This document shows, one piece after another, positions 49,426 to 59,743 of a stretch of 64,000 nt of DNA. The DNA comes from a virus: the IMG/VR virus record IMGVR_UViG_2582581260_000003. One strand, written 5' to 3'. Each line of letters opens with the position of its first letter. The stretch's first letter is position 1. The notes beneath the pieces are model-generated. The model did not search any database, was not told the origin of the DNA, and saw nothing but the letters and a program-made list of their open reading frames with translations. A program made the position numbers and the translations under genes.

Positions 49426-50688
49426 TTATCTCATTATTTTTGTTCTTAATTCCATTGCCCGTTCTATTCTTGTATCCCAACTGCTATATATGTTTTCTAA
49501 TCCTACAGTATAATCTTTGCTTCTTTCCTTACCCTCAATTAAAATGGCTATTTCATCATCATAGCATTTAAGCTTCCTAAAAAGCATTGCATAGGAGTTA
49601 TATAGTGCTGGTGCATTGTAACCTACAGCTCTTGCTTTATCGAATAGTTCAAGAGCCTCTATTAAATTCCCATCTTTTCTTAGTCTATCTGCCTTTTCAT
49701 AGATATTAAATCCTTCTTCAAAACCTTTATCCCAATCATCTTTATTCTTTATTTTGTTTAAGCTAATTCTAGTATAAATAGGATTTAGTTCGGCATCTTT
49801 TGGTTTAGGGATTTCAACATCTCCATACAATTCTTTTAAAAACTTCCAAACTTCTATAAGATGATAGCATGGTATGTTTCGACCTATTCTCTCCATTGCC
49901 TTTTCTTGATCCATACTATAGTTAGTTACATAGTCATCAGTTGAATATATCCAACAAGTCACACTCTTAGCAAACTTTGACCTCAATATTTTGGAATTCA
50001 TAATATCTAGCCATGCTTTTACTTCTTGTAAGTACTTATTATAATTTTCGCCATATACAATGCTTAATTCTTCTCCCCAGAGGGATTTATCAATAAAATG
50101 TGGATTAGATAAAAATTCTACTTCTATACTGTCAAACTCTCTAAACTTAACTTTGAAATAATGCTCTTCAATTTCGCTAGCATAAAATACCGATGCCTTT
50201 TCAAATTTATATTTAGGTGTAGAAGGACCTTTGCTATAGCCATTATCCCTATCTGCTGTAAAAGGTATAATCCTATTGGTCAGTCGATGAGTAGTTTCAT
50301 TTAGTATTCTAAGCATCTCATCGCTCTCTAATTGCAATGCTTCTTCTTCAGAAATCTTATCCTTAACAATTGAAACTTCTGTTTCATATTTTTCTTTTAT
50401 TTTTTCTGCCTCATAGGCATTTTCATGTTTTTCATATGCACGATTCCCTCTACCCTTACCTATATAGAATATTTCTCCCGTATCTTTAATTCTCCACTGA
50501 TAAACATAATAATCATTACGAACATCATCTCCAGTAGAAGTACCTATATAAGATGTACCAATATTTATCATACCTTTTACTAGTTTTGAAATATCACTTT
50601 CTAACTCTTCCTCACATCTCTTACAAATACCATCTTTGTTGGTTCTCAAGAATAATCCATACTTATTACACCGTTTGCATTTAGCCAC
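49426..50688 (-). CDS. GIY-YIG nuclease domain protein with N-terminal Zn ribbon and C-terminal TPR
   Basis: CKRC...CKRC; YYVY...FYIGKGRGNRA...EALQLE...LTN; TPR-like C-terminus (ALELFDKA...LYNSYAMLFRK). Confidence 0.7.
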   Translation of the reverse strand: MAKCKRCNKYGLFLRTNKDGICKRCEEELESDISKLVKGMINIGTSYIGTSTGDDVRNDYYVYQWRIKDTGEIFYIGKGRGNRAYEKHENAYEAEKIKEKYETEVSIVKDKISEEEALQLESDEMLRILNETTHRLTNRIIPFTADRDNGYSKGPSTPKYKFEKASVFYASEIEEHYFKVKFREFDSIEVEFLSNPHFIDKSLWGEELSIVYGENYNKYLQEVKAWLDIMNSKILRSKFAKSVTCWIYSTDDYVTNYSMDQEKAMERIGRNIPCYHLIEVWKFLKELYGDVEIPKPKDAELNPIYTRISLNKIKNKDDWDKGFEEGFNIYEKADRLRKDGNLIEALELFDKARAVGYNAPALYNSYAMLFRKLKCYDDEIAILIEGKERSKDYTVGLENIYSSWDTRIERAMELRTKIMR

Positions 50689-50895
50689 CTACTCACCTTC
50701 CTTGTTCATAATTTCTACAAATTTTATAGTATAAATCAACCTTTCATATTAAACCATACAAATACAAAATTTCCACCAAAAACAAATCAACTAATACGGT
50801 ACTTTATATAAATTATACAATATGAAATGAATAAAGTGTTCTTGCTTTGTTTTCTCATCTTTGCAAATTATATCTCTAAAGAGTAATTATAAATC

Positions 50896-51573
50896 TCATT
50901 TATAGAGTCGCAGCCGCTCATCTAGAATTATATTCATTTTTTGCAACATTTCAATAATTTCATTCTTATCTTCCAACCATTTTCTTTCATTTGGCCTCAT
51001 ATTTGTAATTAGTGGCTTTACGGTTTCTTTTGAATATATGCCATTAAAGAAAAACATTTCAAGCCTTTCTCTTTCAATCCAGTCATTAAGAGCTATCTCT
51101 TTACCAAAATAACTAGAATAATCTCCATTTGGAAAACAATTATATAGAGTTGGTGGCATTTGATCGTAATAATCATATCGTTTATTATTTATGCCCTGAG
51201 ATGGCCATTTCATAGCATTCGCTCTTGTCTCAGCAAGTTTAACAAAATAGTATAGTTCTTCTACTACTTTTTCACTTTTAGGTAAATAAGTATCGATATT
51301 ATGTTTGATTTTCTTTAAGTATTTATGGGGGTCTGGACCAAATTTATTTTTCTTATAGAATTTTTCATTTGGATTTAAGCAATCTAATACAAATTTTAAT
51401 GGCGTCCAAACTGAGAAAATAGTATCTGCACGTAAATCCCCATTAAAATATAAACAATCTAAGTCATTTTCTTCTCTTGGTTCGTTTGGGGCCATCCAAT
51501 AATTTAAAAAATTAATTATGTGGTTATCTGTGTATTTATCCCCTAAATAACTTTTCATCTTATTTTTAATCAT
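50896..51573 (-). CDS. Hypothetical protein
   Basis: 225-aa ORF with a GGGGG RBS. Confidence 0.65.
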   Translation of the reverse strand: MIKNKMKSYLGDKYTDNHIINFLNYWMAPNEPREENDLDCLYFNGDLRADTIFSVWTPLKFVLDCLNPNEKFYKKNKFGPDPHKYLKKIKHNIDTYLPKSEKVVEELYYFVKLAETRANAMKWPSQGINNKRYDYYDQMPPTLYNCFPNGDYSSYFGKEIALNDWIERERLEMFFFNGIYSKETVKPLITNMRPNERKWLEDKNEIIEMLQKMNIILDERLRLYK

Positions 51574-51694
51574 AAAGAAAGCCCCCTTTATACCTTATAT
51601 AATAAAATTTCTACTCTGTTTTATTTGCATTCATATTTAGCATCCATCTTTTATTAATTCTACTCCATATTCAATTACTAATATACATTATTTC

Positions 51695-52318
51695 CTATAC
51701 AGTATCCCCTTTACCTAAATTACATATCGAACATAAGGTTTGAAGATTTTCCCTGGTAGTTTCCCCACCCTTGGACCAAGGAATTATATGGTCAATATGT
51801 AATTCTACTGCTGGATCCTTCGCAGGTGAAGACCCACAGGCACAACATTTAAAATTATCTCTTTTTAATCTTTCAAAACGAAGTTTCATACTTGGATCTC
51901 GGCTTGTCCTATGTTTGTATTTTGATTTATTAATATTTGTTTCATCTATATTTATTTCATCATCTTGATTTTTAAAATCATCATCTGATGCTATTATTCT
52001 TTCTCCATTCACACATTTACCTACTATAAATTCTCCCTGACCTTTCGGCTTATGATATATGGGCCCATTATATGGGTAGTTTAAACCTAAGCATCTATAC
52101 TTCCCTCTTCCTAGAAATTCAAATACTGCAGGTTTGTTTAATGTAATTCCATTATTGACACGATTGTAGCAGTAATCAGATGGAATTACTGAACCTTCTT
52201 TTCTTCCAAATCTTTTAAAAAACATTTCATAGAGTTCTCTTGTTGTAATAACATAATCCGTACCAAAGTTTTTAGAAAGTTCATTTACTATTTCTACCAT
52301 TTGCTCATCTATGGTCAT
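51695..52318 (-). CDS. HNH endonuclease with N-terminal domain
   Basis: RDNFKCCACG...LHIDHIIPWSKGG...NLQTLCSICNLGK. Confidence 0.88.
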   Translation of the reverse strand: MTIDEQMVEIVNELSKNFGTDYVITTRELYEMFFKRFGRKEGSVIPSDYCYNRVNNGITLNKPAVFEFLGRGKYRCLGLNYPYNGPIYHKPKGQGEFIVGKCVNGERIIASDDDFKNQDDEINIDETNINKSKYKHRTSRDPSMKLRFERLKRDNFKCCACGSSPAKDPAVELHIDHIIPWSKGGETTRENLQTLCSICNLGKGDTV

Positions 52319-52465
52319 TAGACACCTCCCCTATTCTAATTAAGCCTTCTACTTTCTCTTTAAATAAACACTTTAAAATTTCATTTATTAATGCTTAATT
52401 ATAAGTATAGCAGATAAAATTGAACATTAAAATAATTTAAACATGACATATGTGCTCCATTATTC

Positions 52466-54031
52466 TTATAGCTCAGCTCTTTCTTGCTCATAGTCATTCT
52501 TATGTCCTTGTGCCATTTTCTTCTCTCTTAATTTCCTTAATAATTTACTATCTATCTTTTTCCCTATCTTTGATGTCTGCAAAGGTATATTATCTTCAAA
52601 TATTTTACTCATATGATGAAACATTCTTGATACTATTTGGGAAACTGATTGGTTATAAATTCTATCAATATTGTATAGAAAAACCTTAGCATATTCATTG
52701 CCCTGTTCTGCTGATAGACCCAGCCATTTTTTTGCCTCTTCTTTATTTCTTATTACCCCTTCTCCAGTTAAATAAAATTTTCCCAATGAAAATTGTGCAT
52801 ATTGGTTTCCATTAGTGGCCTCTTCTACTAGATCATCAATATCAGTATTCATTAATTCATCAGTAATCACAACATCTTCACTGTTTATTTCCTCAAAGGC
52901 AAAGATCCCCTTATTATAATTATCTGCCTCTTTAATAATCATATTTTTTATTGATTTAAATTCTTTCTGTTTTGATAATGGTATAGGCTCTGGCAGATTA
53001 TCCATATAGCTATTAAGTACTTCATTACGCATTTCATACCATAAGTCATATGCTTTACTTATTCTTTCATCCTTAGATAGTTCATCTACAATTTCATCTA
53101 CCATTACTTTGAGATTTGGTTGTAAATATCCATACAATTTCTTTCCTTTACTGGATTTCAATCTTTTGGCAAACTCTATAAATAATTCTTCTACTTTATC
53201 ATTTTGAAATCTATTATTTTTCATTTCAGATATTAGTTGTAATAGTACTTCTCTTGATTCTTCTTTTAATTGATCTCTTCTTTTACTTTGTTCTATATAT
53301 ATTTCCTTTAATTCTTGACCAAAGATATTTTTTACAAAACCTGATTTCATTTTCTCTATGCCTTTTTTAGTTAGATATCCTTCCCTTGGATCTGTTGAGT
53401 AGCAAACCATATGAACATGGGGATGATGTCCTTCATTGTGGAAGGCTGCATACCACTGAAAATTCTCAGCCTTTATCTTTAGGGCTTCAGCAATATCTAT
53501 GGCATAATAAGAAAGCAAATTATGCCAGCTTTCAGCATTATCAAAACCAAGTCTTATAGCATCTTCTCTCCTTAGAGAAATAATTGGAGTCCAAACATTT
53601 CCTTCATGATTTGCTACTTCATCTGCAATCCTGCTAAGAACTAGGCTATCTTCCCCACCAGTAAAGAGCCCATGCTTTACTATTCTTTCTACCCCTGGTC
53701 TATTTGAAATATAATCTACATAATTTTTCCGTTTGCCTATCTTGTCAAAGTTTTCTTCTACTGCTATGGAAATCAATTCAGATGCATTTTCTATTGTTGG
53801 ATTCTTAATATAATCTTCATATTCAAATAAGTTTTTAGTATTTGGAAACTCTTTAATTATTTGATTTATTAACTGATCTTGTTTTTCTGAAGATAGAGTA
53901 TTTTTATCTTTAACTAATATTTTTTCTACTCCATCACGAGTTGCAATATAATTTACTAAATTTCCAAGATGGGCTGATGCTCTTCTACTTCCACCTTTAA
54001 AATAAGGGCATTTTAAAATAAGTCTTGCCAT
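52466..54031 (-). CDS. Relaxase (MobP3/MobL type)
   Basis: YIATRDGVE, NYVDYISNRPG, VWTPIISLRRED and WYAAFHNEGHHPHVH, plus a C-terminal Sel1 repeat. Confidence 0.88.
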   Translation of the reverse strand: MARLILKCPYFKGGSRRASAHLGNLVNYIATRDGVEKILVKDKNTLSSEKQDQLINQIIKEFPNTKNLFEYEDYIKNPTIENASELISIAVEENFDKIGKRKNYVDYISNRPGVERIVKHGLFTGGEDSLVLSRIADEVANHEGNVWTPIISLRREDAIRLGFDNAESWHNLLSYYAIDIAEALKIKAENFQWYAAFHNEGHHPHVHMVCYSTDPREGYLTKKGIEKMKSGFVKNIFGQELKEIYIEQSKRRDQLKEESREVLLQLISEMKNNRFQNDKVEELFIEFAKRLKSSKGKKLYGYLQPNLKVMVDEIVDELSKDERISKAYDLWYEMRNEVLNSYMDNLPEPIPLSKQKEFKSIKNMIIKEADNYNKGIFAFEEINSEDVVITDELMNTDIDDLVEEATNGNQYAQFSLGKFYLTGEGVIRNKEEAKKWLGLSAEQGNEYAKVFLYNIDRIYNQSVSQIVSRMFHHMSKIFEDNIPLQTSKIGKKIDSKLLRKLREKKMAQGHKNDYEQERAEL

Positions 54032-54037
54032 AAATTA

Positions 54038-54460
54038 TCACTCTCCAATTCCTTGCTGGAACTTTACCGCCTCCTCCATAGATATTTTGCCTCTTGTCTT
54101 TCTTACTTGCTGAACACATCTTCCCCTGAGACTACGAAGTTCTTCTTCGCTAATTTCTAAACCTGCTGCAAGTATATTCATTATCATACTCATTTCAACT
54201 GATAGACGAAATAAGTTATTAGCATTCCTATTTTCTGCTTCTTTAAGTATTCCTTGTATTGCTGAGATCAGTATTTTAGATAAATATCCTGTGGTGTCTT
54301 CACTAACTAAATATCCCATATAAAAGTCTAAAGCCTTATCTATAAATTCACTCCTACTTTTACAATTATCTCTTTCTAATAAACTATCCATTTCTTCCAT
54401 TGTTTCAGGATACAACCATACTGCAGTCCTTTTCTTTACTGAATTCCTTTTCTCTGCCAT
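54038..54460 (-). CDS. Ribbon-helix-helix relaxosome accessory protein
   Basis: KKRTAVWLYPE...CKSRSEFIDKALDFY. Start placed at 54460 after AGGTG RBS. Confidence 0.7.
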   Translation of the reverse strand: MAEKRNSVKKRTAVWLYPETMEEMDSLLERDNCKSRSEFIDKALDFYMGYLVSEDTTGYLSKILISAIQGILKEAENRNANNLFRLSVEMSMIMNILAAGLEISEEELRSLRGRCVQQVRKTRGKISMEEAVKFQQGIGE

Positions 54461-54489
54461 TTTATCACACCTTAAATACCTATTATTTT

Positions 54490-54665
54490 CCCCTGACCAC
54501 CTATAGGGTACACCTATGAAGTCCTTGTTTTGTGGGTTTCTCTTCCAAAGTGACCACCTATAACAGCACAAACCCCGTTTCCCGACCACCTCTTTTAAAT
54601 CCTTCAACCCACGGCACTGCCAGGGGATGTGACTGGAAGGTGGAGTCTTTTGACCACCTTCCTTT
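54490..54665. promoter_or_regulatory. Candidate oriT region with four (T/C)GACCACCT repeats and a hairpin
   Basis: Repeats at 54494, 54551, 54583 and 54651. Inverted repeat GGAAGGTGG-N10-CCACCTTCC at 54635-54662. Lies upstream of the RHH-relaxase genes. Confidence 0.5.
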
Positions 54666-54869
54666 ATCCTGCACTAAAATCAATTGGGGAGTTCACCTCT
54701 ATTATTCTGATAGTAATCATCTAAAATCCAGTATTTAAGCCATTTTAATAACCCCTATAATTATTCCGCACATTTGCGCCAAATTTCGATTTACTCTAGA
54801 TTAGGTAGAAATATACCACCCCCTTCTTTTAAAGAGCACACAAGGGCAAGTACACCCTCAATAATTGTC

Positions 54870-55124
54870 TTATTCTTGTATTATGGATTGGTTATTAACT
54901 TCTGCCTTAGTCTTGACTGATTTTTTAAGTTTTTTAGCCTTAATCTCTTCCTCTTGCCTTTCATCGATATATTCTTTTACATTAACTGGAACATATTTCT
55001 CATATAGTTTTTGAAGTTGATCCATCAACTCATCTTCCAAGTCTAATTCTTTTTTCTCCATATATATGTTTATAGCTCTTAATTTTTCAGCATTAAAACT
55101 TACCTTAATAATATCTTTTTTCAT
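54870..55124 (-). CDS. DUF6103-like ICE protein
   Basis: EKLRAINIYMEKKELDLEDEL...LYEKYVPVNVKEYI. Confidence 0.7.
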   Translation of the reverse strand: MKKDIIKVSFNAEKLRAINIYMEKKELDLEDELMDQLQKLYEKYVPVNVKEYIDERQEEEIKAKKLKKSVKTKAEVNNQSIIQE

Positions 55125-55168
55125 CTGTATTTCCCTCCTTCTCTTCTTCTAGATTTATTTGAAACTCA

Positions 55169-55555
55169 CTACATACTCATTGTCATTCCTTGATTCTGCT
55201 CCTCAGTTTGCTCTGATGTTTCTTCAATCTCTCCCGTATTTACTGTTTCAGCAGTTGATTGTCCCTCAGCACTTTGACTTCTCCCAGTCCTTCTTCTTCC
55301 TTGAGCTGTTGTATTTCTAGGAGTAGTTTCTGGTTCATTTTCATTAGTAACTACTTCTATTTCTTCTCTATTATCATTTCTGTCTAAATACCTTCTGGTG
55401 GCAGATGGGACATATTTGTCATAGGTATTTTTAATATGTTTTTGTAATTCTTCCTCAACAGTCAGTTGTTTTTCATTCATATAAAACCTTAAGGCCTCCA
55501 ATTTTTCTTTTGGAAAAGTTACTTGCAGTGTTACTTTTTCTGTTGATGTACTCAT
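55169..55555 (-). CDS. DUF6103-like ICE protein (paralog of 54870-55124)
   Basis: EKLEALRFYMNEKQLTVEEEL...TYDKYVPSATRRYL. Confidence 0.7.
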   Translation of the reverse strand: MSTSTEKVTLQVTFPKEKLEALRFYMNEKQLTVEEELQKHIKNTYDKYVPSATRRYLDRNDNREEIEVVTNENEPETTPRNTTAQGRRRTGRSQSAEGQSTAETVNTGEIEETSEQTEEQNQGMTMSM

Positions 55556-55567
55556 CTATTTCCCTCC

Positions 55568-55954
55568 TTAAAAATCAAATCCTATAAACTCCATCCTTGG
55601 TTGAACTTCAGGTTCTTCACCTGTGAATTCTTGAATTTTACCAAATTCATTTATATATTTTTCTATTTGCTCATCAGTTAAGGATACAAATTCTCCGTCT
55701 TGACTATCTCCTACAATAAAAAAAGGACCGGCAATTATATCATTACCGACCCTTCGATTAAGTTCCATTCCATTTAATTTTCCTTCGTCATTACACACTA
55801 AAATACAATTATTATCTAAATAAAGGCAATCAAATAATCCTTCAACTTCTCCCTGTATTCCTTCTAAGTCATTACTTATTTCCTTTTCAAAAGGTAACTT
55901 TTGTGGCTCAATTTTTAAAATACGAATTGCTTTTTCTATATTGTCCATATACAA
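55568..55954 (-). CDS. DUF3846-like ICE protein
   Basis: LVCNDEGKLNGMELNR...IIAGPFFIVG...SLTDEQ. Confidence 0.75.
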   Translation of the reverse strand: MYMDNIEKAIRILKIEPQKLPFEKEISNDLEGIQGEVEGLFDCLYLDNNCILVCNDEGKLNGMELNRRVGNDIIAGPFFIVGDSQDGEFVSLTDEQIEKYINEFGKIQEFTGEEPEVQPRMEFIGFDF

Positions 55955-55960
55955 ATCCTC

Positions 55961-56539
55961 CTACATTTTCATATTTTGACTTTGTTTTATTTCTTCATCT
56001 AAGCTGATGCAGTAATCAAGGTATAATGTCATATCAAAGCACTCATCTTCAATTTCAATCTCTGAAATTTCTTCTCTCCTATGCAATGCATCTAATAGCA
56101 TCGTACCAATGCCATTGTTTTCTTTTACTGCTAACCCATAGTATTCTTCTATCTCATCAAAGTAGATAGCCCAGCTTCCATTGGAAGAATTCTCTGCAGC
56201 TTCCTTTATTATTTGTTCTGCAACCATTGAAATTTGCTGTTCAATATAAGGTTTAATATTTGGCATAAATGCTGCATATCTCGGATAATCATATCCATGA
56301 CTGTCAATTAAAATCCCATCGCCACCATCCATATCAAGTGCCAATAGCACATGAATTTGTCCTATAGAGTCCTTATACATTACTTCTTTTTTATCTGCAA
56401 TAAAATCTCTGTCCTCTAATAAATTATTACTGAATTCTTCAAACTCATCCTCATTCATTAATTCAATTCCTTCAATTACACAGTTCTGTATATCAAAATC
56501 AGATAATTTTCTTTCAAATATTGCCTTTGTGATTAACAT
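55961..56539 (-). CDS. DUF6329-like ICE protein
   Basis: LLEDRDFI...DGILIDSHGYDYPRYAAF. Confidence 0.7.
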   Translation of the reverse strand: MLITKAIFERKLSDFDIQNCVIEGIELMNEDEFEEFSNNLLEDRDFIADKKEVMYKDSIGQIHVLLALDMDGGDGILIDSHGYDYPRYAAFMPNIKPYIEQQISMVAEQIIKEAAENSSNGSWAIYFDEIEEYYGLAVKENNGIGTMLLDALHRREEISEIEIEDECFDMTLYLDYCISLDEEIKQSQNMKM

Positions 56540-56551
56540 AAAGTCCTCCTT

Positions 56552-57661
56552 TTACTTTAAAATATGCGGCCTCCCATACAGTACCTGTTTGTTTGAATCA
56601 AATAAATTTCTATATACTACCTCACCCTTTGAATAAGAAGCATCAATAACCTTACCATCTCCTGCATAGACTCCTACATGGGTAATATTCATAAACCTGA
56701 CATTAGGTTTATAACTCCAGAATACTAAATCACCAGGAACTAAATCCTTTTTGGAAACAGTAAGATTCTTGTTTACACAAAATCTTGCCTGCTCTGCTGC
56801 AGTTCCTGGTATGCTAATCCCTATCTGACGATAACTCCACATAGTTAAATAGCTGCAGTCAGTGTATCTGCCTTGTCCTCTTTTTTCTTGTGAATAGGGA
56901 TCTCCAAGTCTCGACATAGCAAGTTTTACAATTTTAGATCCTTTCTCTCCTTCTGGTAAATCATGATATAAATCCTCTAGTTCTTCTGGTGTAAGACCCT
57001 GTATCCAATCCTCCCACTCTGTAAAACTGTCACCTTCAATAGGGGCAGGAGTTCCATATTTTATCCTATAATATATTTCATTAGCATTTGCCATATATTC
57101 ATAAGTCACTGAGTTTTCCATTGTGGTTTCTATATTTTTATAAACCTCTGACAGATTAGTTATAGGTACTGGAACTATATAAGTCTCTTCATATTCATTA
57201 CCGTCTTCATCAGTTACAGTTCTTTTAAGCTCTTCGTATCTGATAAAGCAACCTACAAATTTTGCTTTATCTATATTTGACGGTTGATTTTTGCCGAAAT
57301 ACAGAGAATAAAAAATAGCCTTAACTCTAATTGAGTCTAGACTATTTCCATCCTCTATTTGCTTATTTATGTCCTCTATCTTTCCATCAAGCATTGTAAA
57401 ACTCCTATGCATCTCCTCTATATGTCCTCTATATTCTTCTGGAATATTAGCTGATATACTGCCTTCGTTAAAAGATAGATATAAAGCATTATTATTATGA
57501 TTTGTTGTTCCTGAAAGAAGGCTTAATATAATAACAATGATTAATATAAAGGGGGATAGGATTGCTGCAATAGTCCACCCTATTCCTTTTCTGAGCCTTC
57601 CATCTGATAAAGCAGATAAAGCTGTTTTTACAATGATCCCTAATGATCCAGGGTCTGCCAT
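56552..57661 (-). CDS. NlpC/P60 cell-wall hydrolase of the conjugation module
   Basis: N-terminal TM, LGDPYSQ...DCS, PGDLVFW and THVGVYAG. Confidence 0.9.
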   Translation of the reverse strand: MADPGSLGIIVKTALSALSDGRLRKGIGWTIAAILSPFILIIVIILSLLSGTTNHNNNALYLSFNEGSISANIPEEYRGHIEEMHRSFTMLDGKIEDINKQIEDGNSLDSIRVKAIFYSLYFGKNQPSNIDKAKFVGCFIRYEELKRTVTDEDGNEYEETYIVPVPITNLSEVYKNIETTMENSVTYEYMANANEIYYRIKYGTPAPIEGDSFTEWEDWIQGLTPEELEDLYHDLPEGEKGSKIVKLAMSRLGDPYSQEKRGQGRYTDCSYLTMWSYRQIGISIPGTAAEQARFCVNKNLTVSKKDLVPGDLVFWSYKPNVRFMNITHVGVYAGDGKVIDASYSKGEVVYRNLFDSNKQVLYGRPHILK

Positions 57662-57666
57662 TTATA

Positions 57667-58179
57667 TCACCACCATTTCATTCCAAATATATCTCCCTGT
57701 TCAGGTTCATGCTTCTCCACTTCTTCAAAATTCTCCATTTGACTAAGGGTTTTCTTCACTGCATTATATAAAATATCTAAATCAAATCCTGCATCAATAT
57801 AGCCCTCTTCTATGGTTTTTAGATAGCTATCGGATGGATTTCCAAGTTTATAGCCTTCTGTCATTATATAAACCATTGCTGTAGCTTTATAATTGCCTAC
57901 AGTAATATCCACTCCAGATTTTCCATAAAAACTTGGATAACCTTCATATCTATCAAGAGCTTTCTCATCATCAGGTTTGATACTCCATAGTAAAACTGGT
58001 ACCGCACTTCCTTCACATGGTTCGATAGTTGCCACTGCACCATATCTTGATCCACGAAATACAAGTTCATAATCCTTCAGTTCTGATGTACTGATAACTC
58101 TTGCCGTAGGGCATCGATACTTCATCTGATTTAAATTTAGGTTACTCCCATAGGCAATATATAACTTATCTTTCTCCAT
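57667..58179 (-). CDS. Gamma-glutamylcyclotransferase family protein
   Basis: YIAYGSNLN...RCP...LDRYEGYP. Confidence 0.9.
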   Translation of the reverse strand: MEKDKLYIAYGSNLNLNQMKYRCPTARVISTSELKDYELVFRGSRYGAVATIEPCEGSAVPVLLWSIKPDDEKALDRYEGYPSFYGKSGVDITVGNYKATAMVYIMTEGYKLGNPSDSYLKTIEEGYIDAGFDLDILYNAVKKTLSQMENFEEVEKHEPEQGDIFGMKWW

Positions 58180-58189
58180 CTTGACCTCC

Positions 58190-59233
58190 TTACTGGTTCA
58201 TAGACATAGAAAAAGCAGGAGATTCTTCCTCCTGCTCATCTATTCCCATATCATTATTTTCTAATTCTTCTCTTCTTTCTTGCTGTAAAAATTCTAATTC
58301 TCGCTTTTGTCTAAGTCTTTCTTTCTGTGCCTCAGCTTGCTCTGGTGACTTCCACGCAATATTTCCTTCTAGATTATCTAGGAGATGTTTTCTTGCTGTT
58401 TTAAATTCATCTCCAATTAAGTTGAGTCTTAAAAGCCATACTCTAAATGTATATTTCTCATTTTCTGATACGGTTTTTATTGGACTTGCAGACTTTTGAT
58501 TATAGGCTTGTGCTGTAATTGCCATACAGAGTTGTAGATAAGCCTTAAGTTTTCCTGCATGGAGTGATCCATTAAAGGCACGAAATTCTATTGTTCCTTT
58601 TTGAAAAACAGAGTGTAGATTTAAACATCGATATCTACTGTCATGGTAATGTTGATGGCTTCCATCCCTCCCTTTATACCAGAGACTTTGAATCCCACTT
58701 ATTGTTTTGGGCTTCTTTTTGTTTAGTTCTTCTAAAAAGTCCTTATCTATCTTTTTGCAATATCGTCTTTCTCTTTCTGAGTCTACCTTCAAGGCTTTAT
58801 ATATCATATCTTCTTTTGCAGCTATGATATTTACAAGATTTCTAAGTTGATATGCCTTAAATGGGGCTGCATTGATATGAATATGAATACCACAGGATTT
58901 ATTACAAAATGCCCCTGCCTCTCTTAACTTCCTTATCATCTCTTGGATATCTTCTATATCCTCATATCTGCAAATTGGACTAACTAATTCAACACTATAT
59001 TCTCTATCTGCTATTTGCTTTCTATTCCCTACTTTCTTTTGACAGGTAATACTAGCATCTCTTACAAGTTTCCATTTCCTATTTTGATTATCTGTTACAG
59101 TATAAGTGCCATATCCACCTCCCTCAAAATCTACTGTACCATTTAAATATTCACCAATAACCTGCGCTGCTCTCTTTCTTGTGATACCAGTCATTTCTAC
59201 CTCTACTCCAAACTTTTGCTCCCTAAGATCCAT
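58190..59233 (-). CDS. Amidoligase (COOH-NH2 ligase type 2) family protein
   Basis: FGVEVEM, WKLVRDAS, ELVSPI, SCGIHIHI, RYRCLNL and TIEFRAF. Confidence 0.9.
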   Translation of the reverse strand: MDLREQKFGVEVEMTGITRKRAAQVIGEYLNGTVDFEGGGYGTYTVTDNQNRKWKLVRDASITCQKKVGNRKQIADREYSVELVSPICRYEDIEDIQEMIRKLREAGAFCNKSCGIHIHINAAPFKAYQLRNLVNIIAAKEDMIYKALKVDSERERRYCKKIDKDFLEELNKKKPKTISGIQSLWYKGRDGSHQHYHDSRYRCLNLHSVFQKGTIEFRAFNGSLHAGKLKAYLQLCMAITAQAYNQKSASPIKTVSENEKYTFRVWLLRLNLIGDEFKTARKHLLDNLEGNIAWKSPEQAEAQKERLRQKRELEFLQQERREELENNDMGIDEQEEESPAFSMSMNQ

Positions 59234-59245
59234 ATCTTCACCACC

Positions 59246-59743
59246 TTACCATAGCTTTTTTTCATTTATAATATCTATGGCATTTTCATATTCCGCATAT
59301 TTAGCTGAAGTTACTATAAATTCTATAAGCCTTTTATTTCTCCAAAAGTCTATTAATTCTCCATAGCATTTATCATGAAGTTCATTGATTTTAAAAATAG
59401 TATCTGCAATAACATTTTCTATTTCTTTATCTAAATCATTAGATGCTTTTCTAGAATTCTTTAGTTTATCAATAAATTCATCTAGGACATTATCCAGTTC
59501 TTTAATGTCCTTCTCATCATAATAATTGTAAGCTAGGAACGGATTTTCATATTCTTCTCCATTAATACAATGTTTTATCTCTTCTAGTAATCTTGGTCGA
59601 TTCTTTGGATCTGCCTTTAAATACTGTTCCATAAAACAAAGAAGATCATTATCTCTGTTTGGAGTATAACTAATGCACACCCTCAAATCATCTATAATGC
59701 CTTGCTTTTGATTTCTAAAAGATTCAATTTTATCAAATATCAC
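59246..59743 (-). CDS. Hypothetical protein
   Basis: 165-aa ORF coupled to the virB4 stop; INELHDKCYGELID. Confidence 0.65.
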   Translation of the reverse strand: MIFDKIESFRNQKQGIIDDLRVCISYTPNRDNDLLCFMEQYLKADPKNRPRLLEEIKHCINGEEYENPFLAYNYYDEKDIKELDNVLDEFIDKLKNSRKASNDLDKEIENVIADTIFKINELHDKCYGELIDFWRNKRLIEFIVTSAKYAEYENAIDIINEKKLW

